Source of the DNA: Desulfobacterales bacterium
Lineage (GTDB): Bacteria; Desulfobacterota; Desulfobacteria; Desulfobacterales; JAHEIW01
Length of the DNA stretch: 52,980 nt
Direction of reading: 5' to 3'
Assembly (NCBI GenBank): GCA_030601425.1
Contig: JAUVTR010000001.1
Span: 1 to 52,980 of the forward strand
The first letter of the stretch is position 1. Every line of letters begins with the position of its first letter. Positions 18,234 to 27,896 of this stretch are shown in pieces. Position numbers and translations under genes: made by a program. Below the pieces are notes generated by a model that searched no databases, was not told the origin of the DNA, and saw nothing but the letters and a program-made list of their open reading frames with translations.

Positions 18234-19697
18234 CTACTCCAGGGAATAATTGGGCGCCTCTTTCGTGATAATCACATCATGCACGTGGCTTTCGCGCATA
18301 CCGGCAGCGCTGACTTTCACGAATCGGGCCTTTTCGCGTAGCTCATCTAAGTTGCGACAGCCCACATACCCCATGCCGGCCTTTAATCCGCCAATCAGTT
18401 GCAAGATCGTTCCGGCGAGAGTTCCGCGGTAAGGTACACGGCCGACAATACCCTCCGGAACCAGCTTGTCTTCATCGGCTTTTTCAGTTTGATAATAGCG
18501 GTCCTTGCTTCCTTTTTTCATGGCCTCGATGGAACCCATGCCGCGGTATACTTTATAGCTGCGACCCTGAAAAAAAATCTGCTCCCCTGGAGTCTCTTCG
18601 GTGCCGGCAAATAAACCGCCGATCATAACTACATGGGCGCCGGCACCGATCGCCTTGGTAATATCTCCTGAAAACCGGATGCCGCCGTCTGCGATCAAGG
18701 GGACACCGGTTTTACCGGAAATGGCCCGGCAGTTCATAATGGCGGTAAATTGAGGAATACCAATACCTGCAATGATGCGCGTGGTGCAGATGGATCCCGG
18801 GCCGATGCCGATTTTGACACCATCAGCACCGGCATTTATCAAATCTTCCGCCCCTCTGGCCGTGCCGACATTGCCGGCTATAAGCTCGAGGTCCTTGTGG
18901 TTACTCTTTAAAGTTTGAACGGCAGAGATGACATTTTCAGTATGTCCGTGTGAGGTATCAATTAAAACCACATCAGCACCGGCGCTTAACAGGACCGTTA
19001 CGCGTTCTTCCATATCCGGACCGACCCCAACAGCCGCGCCGACCCTCAACCGGCCCATCCTGTCCTTACACGCATTCGGATATTTTTTTAGTTTCTCAAT
19101 GTCTTTAATGGTGATTAAACCGGTCAAGCGACCCTTTTTGTCAACCACCAACAGCTTCTCAATTCGGTGCTGATGCAACAGTTTTTTCGAGTCTTCCAGG
19201 GTAATTCCTTCAGTAACGGTCACCAGATTTTCTTTGGTCATAACATCCGAAACATTTTTTCCAAGATCGGTTTCAAACCGTAAATCCCGGTTGGTAACGA
19301 TCCCCACGAGTTGGTCCTCCTTGGTCACCGGCAGCCCGGATATGCGGTAGTTTTCCATTAACTTGAGGACTTCGCTCACTTTCTGTTCGGGGTGAATCGT
19401 AACCGGATCTACAATCATACCGCTTTCTGATTTCTTTACTTTGTCAACCTCCATCGCTTGACTTTGGATGCTCATATTGCGATGGATGAAACCCATACCG
19501 CCTTCCCGGGCGATGCTGATGGCCGTATTCGCTTCGGTAACGGTATCCATGGCGGCACTGACAATCGGTATGTTTAAGGTGATATTTTGGGTCAGACGGG
19601 TGCTGGCATTCACATCTTTGGGTAACACATCAGAATAATTCGGAATAAGTAATACATCGTCAAAGGAATATGCTTCTTCAGGCGGTATTTTTGGCAT
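18234..19697 (-). CDS. guaB: IMP dehydrogenase
   Basis: 487 aa. CBS pair inserted in a TIM barrel, with the catalytic loop [11 protein letters not shown]. Confidence 0.97.
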   Translation of the reverse strand: MPKIPPEEAYSFDDVLLIPNYSDVLPKDVNASTRLTQNITLNIPIVSAAMDTVTEANTAISIAREGGMGFIHRNMSIQSQAMEVDKVKKSESGMIVDPVTIHPEQKVSEVLKLMENYRISGLPVTKEDQLVGIVTNRDLRFETDLGKNVSDVMTKENLVTVTEGITLEDSKKLLHQHRIEKLLVVDKKGRLTGLITIKDIEKLKKYPNACKDRMGRLRVGAAVGVGPDMEERVTVLLSAGADVVLIDTSHGHTENVISAVQTLKSNHKDLELIAGNVGTARGAEDLINAGADGVKIGIGPGSICTTRIIAGIGIPQFTAIMNCRAISGKTGVPLIADGGIRFSGDITKAIGAGAHVVMIGGLFAGTEETPGEQIFFQGRSYKVYRGMGSIEAMKKGSKDRYYQTEKADEDKLVPEGIVGRVPYRGTLAGTILQLIGGLKAGMGYVGCRNLDELREKARFVKVSAAGMRESHVHDVIITKEAPNYSLE

Positions 19698-19874
19698 GTG
19701 TTTTCTCCGTTAGATTCGTTTAGGCACCCGAATAGCAAAACACACCGCCTTTAGCAATCATTAATTTGCTTCCTTGACAAGCAGCCTATTTGCATAATAG
19801 AAGCTATCTCCAAAATGCATTTTATCCGCCTCAGATAGGCGGGATTTCACATTAGAATATGGGGTTTTTGAAAT

Positions 19875-20483
19875 ATGCTGATTAAAGTAAATCCAATCAA
19901 CCCCCAGACTCGACTCATTCAAAGGGCGGTCAACATCCTTATAAATGGCGGCATCGTCGTCTATCCAACCGATACCCATTACGGCATCGGCTGTGATATC
20001 CTGAATAAAAAAGCCATTGAACGCATCTACCAATTGAAACAACGAAATAAAAGCAAGCCCTTTAGTTTTATTTGTTCAGATCTCAAAAACATCAGTCATT
20101 ATGCCAAGGTATCCAATTATGCCTATAAGACCATGAAAAGGCTTTTACCGGGCCCCTATACCTTCATCCTTGAAGGTTCCAAACTCGTACCCAAAATTAT
20201 GTTGACCAAACGCAAAACCGCTGGAATTCGTGTGCCGGATCATAAAATATGTCTCGAGCTGGTAGAGGGGTTGGGAAATCCCATTATCACCACCAGCGCC
20301 ACGATGCCCGATGGCAGCATCCTGAATGATGCTTCCCTGATTCATGACGTATTTAAAGACCGCATTGATATGGTGATTGATGGAGATATCGTCTCGGGAA
20401 AACCGTCGAGCGTTATTTCCTTGATAGATGACACACCTGAGGTTATCCGCAAAGGGATGGGGGATGTAAGTATTTTTGAGTAA
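19875..20483 (+). CDS. tsaC: L-threonylcarbamoyladenylate synthase (YrdC/TsaC type)
   Basis: 202 aa. YPTDTHYGIGCD, KQRNKSKPFS and GIRVPDH motifs of the YrdC/Sua5 domain. Confidence 0.85.
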   Translation: MLIKVNPINPQTRLIQRAVNILINGGIVVYPTDTHYGIGCDILNKKAIERIYQLKQRNKSKPFSFICSDLKNISHYAKVSNYAYKTMKRLLPGPYTFILEGSKLVPKIMLTKRKTAGIRVPDHKICLELVEGLGNPIITTSATMPDGSILNDASLIHDVFKDRIDMVIDGDIVSGKPSSVISLIDDTPEVIRKGMGDVSIFE

Positions 20484-20588
20484 AAAACCTCTGCCCAAGC
20501 GAATAAATATTTCCTAAACAGGTTTACGAAGGTTGGCCATCACAAACCCAGTCCAGATATTCATTCTGCTGCATGGGCAGAGATTTTT

Positions 20589-22433
20589 TTAGTCGTCGTT
20601 TAATTTCTCTTGCAAGTTCTCGCGCAAAATTTCGCCAAAAGAGGATGTAGCGGGCCTTATATTATTCGCATAGTCGCTGAGCAGGTTTTGTTCATCCTCA
20701 ATTTCGAGTCGTTTGATTGAAAGACCAATGCGCCTTTCTTCAGTGTTGATGTTCATGACTCTGGAAGTAATGACATCGCCCACCTTAAATTTTTCCGTCG
20801 GTGATTTTATTTTATCTTTGCTGATCTCAGAGATATGTACAAGGCCTTCAATCCCTTCTTCCAGCTCAACAAAGACTCCGAAATCCGTCAGGTTGGTGAT
20901 GGTTCCGGTTATTTCTTTGCCAACTTCGTACCGTTCGGACACCGACTGCCATGGATCATTCTGTAACTGCTTGATGCCCAGGGAAAACCGCTCGTTGTTT
21001 TTTTCAATATCTAACACGATAGCCTGGACAACATCGCCTTTTTTATACAGCTCAGAGGGGTGTTTAATCCGTTTTGTCCAGGAAATATCGGAAATATGAA
21101 CCAGCCCGTCAATGCCCTCATCAATACCGATAAACAACCCAAAATCCGTAATGTTTTTTATTTTCCCTTCAATGGTGGTACCGATCGGGTATTTTCCGCT
21201 GATCACATCCCATGGGTTCGGAACAACCTGTTTCATCCCCAGAGAAATCCGACGGCTTTCGGGTTTTATATCCAGCACAACAGCTTCCACCTCATCTCCG
21301 ACAGACACCACCTTGGATGGATGCCGAATTTTGCGTGTCCAAGACATTTCGGACACGTGGATGAGTCCCTCGATGCCCTCTTCAAGCTCTATAAATGCAC
21401 CGTAATCCGTCAGGCTGACGACCTTGCCCGTCACACGGGAACCAACGGCGTATTTTTCAGCAGCCGTGGTCCACGGATCTTCGGCAAGCTGTTTCATTCC
21501 CAATGAGACTCTTTCGTTTTCCAAGTCCAAATTTAAGATTTTAACGGTAATATCATCGCCGATTGAAAAAAGCTCTGAGGGATGCTTCACCCGTCCCCAT
21601 GATATATCGGTAATGTGAAGCAGTCCGTCAACACCGCCGAGATCCACAAATACGCCATACTCGGTTATGTTTTTAACGGCGCCTTCAACAACCTTGCCTT
21701 CTTCGATATTGGCCAGGGTGGCGGTACGTTTTTCGTCGAGTTCTTTCTCTAAAATGGCCCGCCGGGAAAGAACAATATTACTGCGTTTACGGTTGTATTT
21801 TAGAATCTTGAAATCAAATTCTTTGCCGACCATTTCATCAAGATTTCGAATCGGTCGCAAATCCGCCTGGGAGCCGGGTAAAAACGCCGGAACGCCGATG
21901 TCCACTGAAAATCCACCCTTGACCCGGTTGGTAATCGTTCCTTTGACGGTACCTTCTTCATCATAGGACGTCTTAATCGATTCCCAGATTTTTATATTGG
22001 CGGCTTTATCCTTGGATAACAGGACGCGCTCCTCTTCATCGTCCCACCATTCAACCATAACCTCGATGGCATCTCCCACTTTGGCCGTGATATTGCCGTT
22101 TTCATCTAAAAATTCTTGCATCCGTACTTGGCCTTCAGATTTGTATCCGATGTCAATCAGAACGTGATCTTTATCTATCGAAATAATCCTGCCGGTGACC
22201 ACTTCTCCCTCGGCAAAGCGCTTAAAACTTTCTTCATACATGTCCATTACGCTTTCCATGCTGTCACCCGCATCTTTTGGAATATCTTCGGATGAGCCAT
22301 CCGGTGATTCCTGGGCTTTGACTTCTTCCTTTTGCGGTTTACTTTCGGTTTTCAATTGCTCAGCAGCCATGTCATCAGTAATTTCAGTTTGCTCTTCATT
22401 TTGAGTTTCATCCTTGTTTGTTTCATCAACCAT
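20589..22433 (-). CDS. rpsA: 30S ribosomal protein S1
   Basis: 614 aa. Six S1 repeats (G.V..I...G.FV.L..G..GL.H.SE). An acidic, low-complexity extension of about 75 aa sits at the N-terminus. Confidence 0.95.
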   Translation of the reverse strand: MVDETNKDETQNEEQTEITDDMAAEQLKTESKPQKEEVKAQESPDGSSEDIPKDAGDSMESVMDMYEESFKRFAEGEVVTGRIISIDKDHVLIDIGYKSEGQVRMQEFLDENGNITAKVGDAIEVMVEWWDDEEERVLLSKDKAANIKIWESIKTSYDEEGTVKGTITNRVKGGFSVDIGVPAFLPGSQADLRPIRNLDEMVGKEFDFKILKYNRKRSNIVLSRRAILEKELDEKRTATLANIEEGKVVEGAVKNITEYGVFVDLGGVDGLLHITDISWGRVKHPSELFSIGDDITVKILNLDLENERVSLGMKQLAEDPWTTAAEKYAVGSRVTGKVVSLTDYGAFIELEEGIEGLIHVSEMSWTRKIRHPSKVVSVGDEVEAVVLDIKPESRRISLGMKQVVPNPWDVISGKYPIGTTIEGKIKNITDFGLFIGIDEGIDGLVHISDISWTKRIKHPSELYKKGDVVQAIVLDIEKNNERFSLGIKQLQNDPWQSVSERYEVGKEITGTITNLTDFGVFVELEEGIEGLVHISEISKDKIKSPTEKFKVGDVITSRVMNINTEERRIGLSIKRLEIEDEQNLLSDYANNIRPATSSFGEILRENLQEKLNDD

Positions 22434-22600
22434 GAATAATTAGTCCCCCTTAGCCTATTTTATTGCAGCCAGATAGAGCCCTGGCGCAACCTCCTATCTT
22501 TAACAGAATGGCGAAAAAATGCAATCCTTTATTTAATTTTTGGTAAAATCCGTGGATCAGAACTATTGAGATTAGGAATAGCAACTATTCTCCAATTTAT

Positions 22601-23266
22601 TTATAGCTTTTTTTCGATGTACGACAGCATTAAATCAACCACCTTCTCAACAGATAAACCGGTGGAATCAATCCGAATCGCGTCATCAGCCGGTTTTAGA
22701 GGCGCCAGGCTCCGCGTGCTGTCATTTGTGTCGCGCTTTTTCATATCCTGCGCAACCTCTTCCAGAGACTGGCTTGATTTAGATTCGAGCTCTTGATACC
22801 TACGCAGGGCTCGGGTTTTTGATGATGCATCCAAAAAAAATTTAACATCAGCCTCGGGGAAGACGATGGTTCCCATATCGCGTCCTTCAAAAACCGCCGC
22901 TTTCTTTTGGCCAATATCTCTTTGCACTTCAAGCAAATAATCCCTCACAATCGATTTAGCCGAAACTGCCGATGCCAGCATGCTAATTTCCGGAGTGCGT
23001 ATAGGGTCTGAAATGTCGACCCCATCTGAATAGAGCCGCAACCCCGTCCCTTTCGATTCAAAACCAAGCTGAATTAGATGACAAAGTTTCTGCAACTTGG
23101 CTTCATTTTCCGGGTTGATTCCGCGACGTTTAACCTCATAAGCCACCCCGCGATAAAGGGCGCCGGTATTGATATAACGGTATCCCAGCCGGTCGGCGAG
23201 CGCCCGGCTCACGGTTGTTTTTCCGGCCCCGGCAGGCCCATCAATGGTGATCAATAGTTTCTTCAT
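22601..23266 (-). CDS. cmk: Cytidylate kinase
   Basis: 221 aa. ITIDGPAGAGKTT P-loop and typical CMP-binding region. Confidence 0.93.
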   Translation of the reverse strand: MKKLLITIDGPAGAGKTTVSRALADRLGYRYINTGALYRGVAYEVKRRGINPENEAKLQKLCHLIQLGFESKGTGLRLYSDGVDISDPIRTPEISMLASAVSAKSIVRDYLLEVQRDIGQKKAAVFEGRDMGTIVFPEADVKFFLDASSKTRALRRYQELESKSSQSLEEVAQDMKKRDTNDSTRSLAPLKPADDAIRIDSTGLSVEKVVDLMLSYIEKKL

Positions 23267-23270
23267 AGTC

Positions 23271-23417
23271 CTGGTGTCAGGTGTCAGGTGTCAGGTTTCA
23301 GGCCACTGGCTACTAGTTACTGCTACCCGTCACTGGTTTCCGGCAGCCGCAGAGGGCTGCCCTTCTCCGGTTTTCATCTATCTTCTGACTTCTGACTTCT
23401 GTCTTCTGATTTCTGAT
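23271..23417. repeat. Element E: the whole cmk-hisC spacer as 21 in-phase heptads
   Basis: ctggtgt caggtgt caggtgt caggttt caggcca ctggcta ctagtta ctgctac ccgtcac ... ttctgac ttctgac ttctgtc ttctgat ttctgat. The left GGTGTCA arm is 23273-23302 and the right TTCTGAC arm is 23381-23416. A central GGCAGCC/GGCTGCC hairpin lies at 23342-23361. Confidence 0.9.
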
Positions 23418-23420
23418 CGC

Positions 23421-24512
23421 TTAAATTACCTGTTCAAACGCTTCTAAAAAACGAATATTTTCCTCATGTTTTCCAATATTTACCCGGATATATTCCGAAT
23501 ATCCGTAAGATGTCAATGAGCGTACGATCACCCCTTGTTTAAGAAGATTTTCGAAAACCTCATCCGCGGTTCTCCCATCTCCAACCTTGACCATAAAAAA
23601 ATTGGCCTGGGATCGAATATAAGGCATCTCCAGCTTTTCCAGAACGCCATATATAAATTCGAGCTCGTTGTGAACCAGATCGACAGTCTTTTGCAGGAAT
23701 TCAGTATCGTTAAGCGCAGCGGACGCTGCCACCTGGGCAAGTGTATTGACATTAAACGGTTGTCTGACCCTGTGAAGGAGTTCGGCCAAAGCCGACGGCA
23801 TCACGCCGTAGCCCACACGCAGTCCCGCTAAACCGAAAGCTTTGGAGAACGTGCGTATCCCCACAATGGCTTTATCGGTTCTCAAAAATTCAAAACTGTT
23901 AGCGCAATTCGATTCTCTGACAAATTCGATATAGGCTTCATCCAACACAATGACGATTTGGGGCGGAATCTCTGCGATAAATTCTTCAAAATCATGTCTT
24001 GATATAATAGTTCCGGTCGGATTGTGGGGAACATTTATAAAGATCATGCGGGTTTTCGGGCTTATTTTCCGTAACATGCCTGCCAGATTCGTTTCAAACG
24101 ATTTTAGGGGAACCCAGACCGGAATAGCACCGGAGGTAAGAATCGAAATTTCATAAAATAGAAAGGACGGTTGCGGTAAAATAACCTCGTCATCAGGTCT
24201 CAACAAAACCCGCGCCAGCAAAGCGATGATATCGTCGGATCCGTTTCCTAAAACAATATTTTCCGGAGCAATGTTATTCTTTTCAGCAATAGATTGAATC
24301 AGTTCGTAGCCACCGGCGTCCGGATACCGATGCAGTTTTGCTATTGCCCGGCGGATGGCTCCAACAGCCATCGGTGACGGTCCCAATGGGTTTTCATTGG
24401 ACGCCAGCTTAATGGGATTATCGATCCCATATTCCCGCTGAACTTCCTCGACAGGCTTCCCGGGAACATAGGGTTTAATCTTTGAGAAATAATCCGGGAT
24501 TTTCAGTTTCAT
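23421..24512 (-). CDS. hisC: Histidinol-phosphate aminotransferase
   Basis: 363 aa class-II aminotransferase. LASNENPLGPSP, NPNNPTG-like PHNPTG and RTFSKAFGLAGLRVGY (PLP lysine). Confidence 0.9.
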   Translation of the reverse strand: MKLKIPDYFSKIKPYVPGKPVEEVQREYGIDNPIKLASNENPLGPSPMAVGAIRRAIAKLHRYPDAGGYELIQSIAEKNNIAPENIVLGNGSDDIIALLARVLLRPDDEVILPQPSFLFYEISILTSGAIPVWVPLKSFETNLAGMLRKISPKTRMIFINVPHNPTGTIISRHDFEEFIAEIPPQIVIVLDEAYIEFVRESNCANSFEFLRTDKAIVGIRTFSKAFGLAGLRVGYGVMPSALAELLHRVRQPFNVNTLAQVAASAALNDTEFLQKTVDLVHNELEFIYGVLEKLEMPYIRSQANFFMVKVGDGRTADEVFENLLKQGVIVRSLTSYGYSEYIRVNIGKHEENIRFLEAFEQVI

Positions 24513-24576
24513 TTTAGGTATAAAGCGTTAATATTACAAGTTAATACATTTTTGAGATTAAAAATATAATTTAAAA

Positions 24577-24662
24577 AATTACCACGAAATCACGAAAACA
24601 TAAAAGCACGAAATATTCTTTCTTTTTCGTGTTTTCGTCATTTCGCGCTTTCGTGGTAAATT
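24577..24662. repeat. Hairpin element F (CACGAAA dialect)
   Basis: aattaccacgaaatcacgaaaacataaaagcacgaaa (24577-24613) versus tttcgtgttttcgtcatttcgcgctttcgtggtaaatt (24625-24662). About 30 of 38 positions are complementary, with an 11-nt loop. Confidence 0.88.
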
Positions 24663-24714
24663 ACTTTTCGATTTATTAAGTATAGATTCGGGTACAGAAA
24701 TTATTCGATCTTTG

Positions 24715-25254
24715 TTAAGTTGCCATTGCGGCTTTTTGGCCCTCTTCCAGTGCCTTCATGTTAAGCGGGATCAGTTTTTCTTTACTGGCAAATTTGACTT
24801 TTACCGATTCACGCAACCGCTCAAAGTCGACCACCTGGCTGCGACTGACGAATGCCGCCAGTGCCACGATATTGGCAGCTTTAACATTTCCCAATTCCTT
24901 GGCAATTTCGATAATCGGAACTTTAAGAACGTCCACATCGTCCCGACCGGCATCAATCGAAATGATGGAACTATTGATAAAGATGATGCCGCCGGATTTT
25001 ACAGCCGGTGCGAATTTTTCAAGAGAAGGGCGATTCATCGCTACCAGATGTTTCGGATTCCGAATAATCGGAGAACCGATAGGCCGGTCGCTGATCACCA
25101 CCGTACAATAAGCCGTACCCCCTCTCATTTCCGGCCCGTATGACGGAATCCAAACGACTTCATAGCCTTGATCCATGGCAGCCTGAGCCATAATCTGACC
25201 CATTAGCATAATTCCCTGGCCGCCGAATCCGGCGAATTGAATTTCGTTTTGCAT
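24715..25254 (-). CDS. 2-oxoacid:ferredoxin oxidoreductase, gamma subunit
   Basis: 179 aa. The GFGGQGI motif is typical of POR/KOR/VOR gamma subunits. Substrate specificity is not resolvable from sequence. Confidence 0.85.
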   Translation of the reverse strand: MQNEIQFAGFGGQGIMLMGQIMAQAAMDQGYEVVWIPSYGPEMRGGTAYCTVVISDRPIGSPIIRNPKHLVAMNRPSLEKFAPAVKSGGIIFINSSIISIDAGRDDVDVLKVPIIEIAKELGNVKAANIVALAAFVSRSQVVDFERLRESVKVKFASKEKLIPLNMKALEEGQKAAMAT

Positions 25255-25285
25255 TATACCTCCTCCCCTAACCCGGACGAGCCGG

Positions 25286-25432
25286 TTGGAGCGAAGCAGA
25301 AATCCCGGTTTATCGGGGAATTGAAAATTGAAGATTTCAAATTGAATATTTATGGATGTCGCTTCGCTCCGTCCTTTTTAAAATGGAAAGAATTCCTTAA
25401 ATATTCAATATTCAATCGAAAATATTCAATCG
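25286..25432. repeat. Hairpin element G (ATTCAAT dialect) with the conserved core
   Basis: Arms are 25318-25355 and 25395-25432, and the core is 25356-25394 (gtcgcttcgctccgtcctttttaaaatggaaagaattcc). An extra upstream ggagcgaagc (25288-25297) is exactly complementary to 25361-25370. Confidence 0.85.
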
Positions 25433-25458
25433 TTACAAGACAGTAAAGAGCAATGGAT

Positions 25459-26238
25459 TTAACCATTTTTTGCGGATGACGAACTCGTTGCGCTCTCCTC
25501 TTCTTCAGGTCTTTTAAAAACGCCTAAAGAATAATAAGGAAGCATTTTTTCTTCAGCCCACTTGATTGCATCCAGCGGCGTCATCCCCCAGTTTGTTGGG
25601 CAGGTGCTGACCAATTCGACAAAACTAAAACACGTATTTTCTATTTGATAGGTAAAAGCCTTTTTGATAGCCTTTTTCGCTTTGTTGATATATTTGGGAT
25701 TTAGCAGTGTCTGACGGGTTATATAGGCCGGCGTCTGAAGTGCGGCCAGCATTTCAGACATTTTTATCGGCATCCCGGTATCCAGAATTTTGCGCCCAAA
25801 GGGTGAGGTGGTGGTCCGCTGATCCGGCATGGTTGTGGGCGCCATCTGACCGCCGGTCATACCATAGACTGCGTTATTGATAAAAATAACCGTAAACTTT
25901 TCCCCCCGGTTGGCTGCATGCACAATTTCACCCATCCCGATGCTGGCCAGATCCCCGTCACCCTGATAGGTAAATACAACCAGATCAGGGCGCACACGTT
26001 TAATGCCGGTCGCCATCGCCGGCGCGCGACCGTGGGCGGCTTCCTGAAAGTCGAAGGTGAAGTAGTTATACATCAAAACAGCACACCCCACTGGCGCAAT
26101 ACCAACGGTTCGGCCGCGGATGTCGAGTTCATCGATCACTTCCGCCACGAGTCGATGCGCCACACCATGCGTACAGCCCGGGCAATAGTGAGTGATCGTA
26201 TCGGCCAGGGCTTCGGGTTTCTGAAATGTTTTCCCCAT
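25459..26238 (-). CDS. 2-oxoacid:ferredoxin oxidoreductase, beta (TPP-binding) subunit
   Basis: 259 aa. CPGCTHG, the GDGD..IG TPP motif and NN.VYGMTGGQ. Confidence 0.9.
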   Translation of the reverse strand: MGKTFQKPEALADTITHYCPGCTHGVAHRLVAEVIDELDIRGRTVGIAPVGCAVLMYNYFTFDFQEAAHGRAPAMATGIKRVRPDLVVFTYQGDGDLASIGMGEIVHAANRGEKFTVIFINNAVYGMTGGQMAPTTMPDQRTTTSPFGRKILDTGMPIKMSEMLAALQTPAYITRQTLLNPKYINKAKKAIKKAFTYQIENTCFSFVELVSTCPTNWGMTPLDAIKWAEEKMLPYYSLGVFKRPEEEESATSSSSAKNG

Positions 26239-26257
26239 TTATTTTCTCCTATATTTG

Positions 26258-26366
26258 GTCGATTTGTTGAATGGTTAACTGGTTAATTAGTTTGATGAAA
26301 AAAGCACTGACGGTTAAACCTAATAACTATTCAACCCATCGACTATTTGACTATTTAACTATTTTG
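26258..26366. repeat. Hairpin element H (GTTAACT/CTATTTA dialect)
   Basis: 26258-26290 pairs with 26320-26343 at 21 of 24 positions with a 9-nt bulge. It is followed by ctatttga ctatttaa ctatttt, which overlaps the stop of the alpha-subunit gene. Confidence 0.75.
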
Positions 26367-27421
26367 CGAACTTCTTCCATGACCTCTTCGGGAGTGGGAA
26401 CTTCACCGCCACATTTGCCGTACCAATGCACCGGGCGCCGGCCGGAAACACTGCGTTCAACATCTTCCACCATCTGTCCCATGGACATTTCCACGCACAG
26501 CACAGCCCGGCAGCTTTGCCTGTCAACCGCAGCGTAGATGGCAGTCTTTGGAAACGGAAATACGGTCTGGGGTCTGATCATACCCACTTCAAATCCCTGC
26601 TCTTTGAGATTATCAATGGCAGTTCGACATACCCGGCTCATGGTGCCGTAGCTGACGATAAGCACGCGATAGTCCCCATCGACATTGTAGGCTTCATAGC
26701 GCACCTCTTCCCGTTCCATCTGCTCATACTTGGCTTTTAACATCAGATTGTGAGAATTGAGTTCCTCGGGATCCAGATAGAGCGTTTTAACCAGGTTGCG
26801 CCGCTTGCGATTGCGCGTCGCCATGCCGTTGGTGGCCCAATCATCTTTGTTGGTGGGTTCGGCTTTAAGCGAATCCGGGAATTCCACCGGTTCCATCATC
26901 TGACCGATAAGCCCGTCTCCCAGGATCATTACCGGATTGCGGTATTTCTCGGCCAGAGCAAATGCGCCCATCATCATCTCAACGGCTTCCTGAACACTGG
27001 CCGGTGCCATGACCAGCAGTTTATAGTCTCCGTGCCCGCCCCCTTTTACCGATTGCATATAGTCGGCCTGAGAAGGAAGGATACCACCCAATCCCGGCCC
27101 GCCGCGCATGATGTTGACAAACACCGCCGGGCACTGGGCCGCGGTGATATAGCTGATGCCTTCACTCATCAAACTGATGCCGGGGCTGGAAGAGGTTGTA
27201 AACACCCGCTCCCCGCAGGCAGCGGCGCCAAAGATCATATATGATACGGCCACTTCGCTTTCACCCTGCAAAAACACACCGCCTGCTTCCGGTAATCGGC
27301 GGGAGAGATATTCAGCAACTTCAGATTGAGGCGTGATTGGATAGGCAAAATAATTCAAACAGCCTGCCCGAATAGCGGCCTCTCCAATGGCTTCATTGCC
27401 TTTCATCAATACTTTCCCCAT
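26351..27421 (-). CDS. 2-oxoacid:ferredoxin oxidoreductase, alpha subunit
   Basis: 356 aa. KGNEAIGEAAIRAGC..YPITPQSE is the N-terminus typical of KorA/VorB-type subunits. Confidence 0.9.
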   Translation of the reverse strand: MGKVLMKGNEAIGEAAIRAGCLNYFAYPITPQSEVAEYLSRRLPEAGGVFLQGESEVAVSYMIFGAAACGERVFTTSSSPGISLMSEGISYITAAQCPAVFVNIMRGGPGLGGILPSQADYMQSVKGGGHGDYKLLVMAPASVQEAVEMMMGAFALAEKYRNPVMILGDGLIGQMMEPVEFPDSLKAEPTNKDDWATNGMATRNRKRRNLVKTLYLDPEELNSHNLMLKAKYEQMEREEVRYEAYNVDGDYRVLIVSYGTMSRVCRTAIDNLKEQGFEVGMIRPQTVFPFPKTAIYAAVDRQSCRAVLCVEMSMGQMVEDVERSVSGRRPVHWYGKCGGEVPTPEEVMEEVRKIVK

Positions 27422-27433
27422 AATATCCTCCGA

Positions 27434-27667
27434 TTATTTTTTCGCTGCCGCTTCTTCTTCAATTTCTCTGATGGTTATGGCGACATCCGGGCACATCGTG
27501 CAGCATAGTGCGCAAAAAATGCAATCTTCAGGACGCGCCTGATATGCCGGAAAATAGCCTTTGGTGTTAACATTATTGGAAATTTCTAAAACGTTCTTAG
27601 GGCAAACGGCTACACACAACCCGCAGCCTTTACATTGATCCTCGTCAACTGAATGCTGATATGTCAT
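27434..27667 (-). CDS. 2-oxoacid:ferredoxin oxidoreductase, delta (2x[4Fe-4S]) subunit
   Basis: 77 aa with two CxxCxxCxxxCP-type motifs (CKGCGLCVAVCP, CIFCALCCTMCP). Lies 12 nt upstream of the alpha subunit. Confidence 0.85.
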   Translation of the reverse strand: MTYQHSVDEDQCKGCGLCVAVCPKNVLEISNNVNTKGYFPAYQARPEDCIFCALCCTMCPDVAITIREIEEEAAAKK

Positions 27668-27750
27668 AGATCAAAACTCCTTCACCGAGCTTTAAAACCG
27701 ATTTTTATTTTATCTAAAATAATATAATTTACTTGCATATTTGGATTCAA

Positions 27751-27834
27751 CCACGGAGTTCACGAAGGCCACAAAGTGAGGAATAAAAAATCTCTGGCCT
27801 TAATCTTTGTGACCTTTGTGCCTTTGTGGTGAAC
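27751..27834. repeat. Hairpin element I (CACAAAG/CACGAAG dialect)
   Basis: The left arm contains gttcacgaaggccacaaagtgagg. The right arm is ctttgtgacctttgtgcctttgtggtgaac. This is an imperfect inverted repeat. Confidence 0.7.
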
Positions 27835-27896
27835 AAAATCAATAGCTACTTTTTTGCCGGATCCATAATAGCGCCAGAAGCTTTAAATCGCAACCA

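Noticed and set aside
19774-19800. TTGACA at 19774-19779 as the -35 element of a tsaC promoter
   Set aside because: The candidate -10 hexamers (cataat, taatag) lie 13-15 nt away, not 16-18 nt, so the spacing is poor. This is not supportable without TSS data.
23244-23447. ORFs that read through the repeat elements (23244..23447, 25237..25446, 30385..30591, 41293..41526, 43497..43760, 9131..9424, 29083..29265)
   Set aside because: Their sequence is dictated by 7-nt periodic DNA, which cannot maintain a codon phase. No RBS or family resemblance is present, and each spans both arms of a hairpin.
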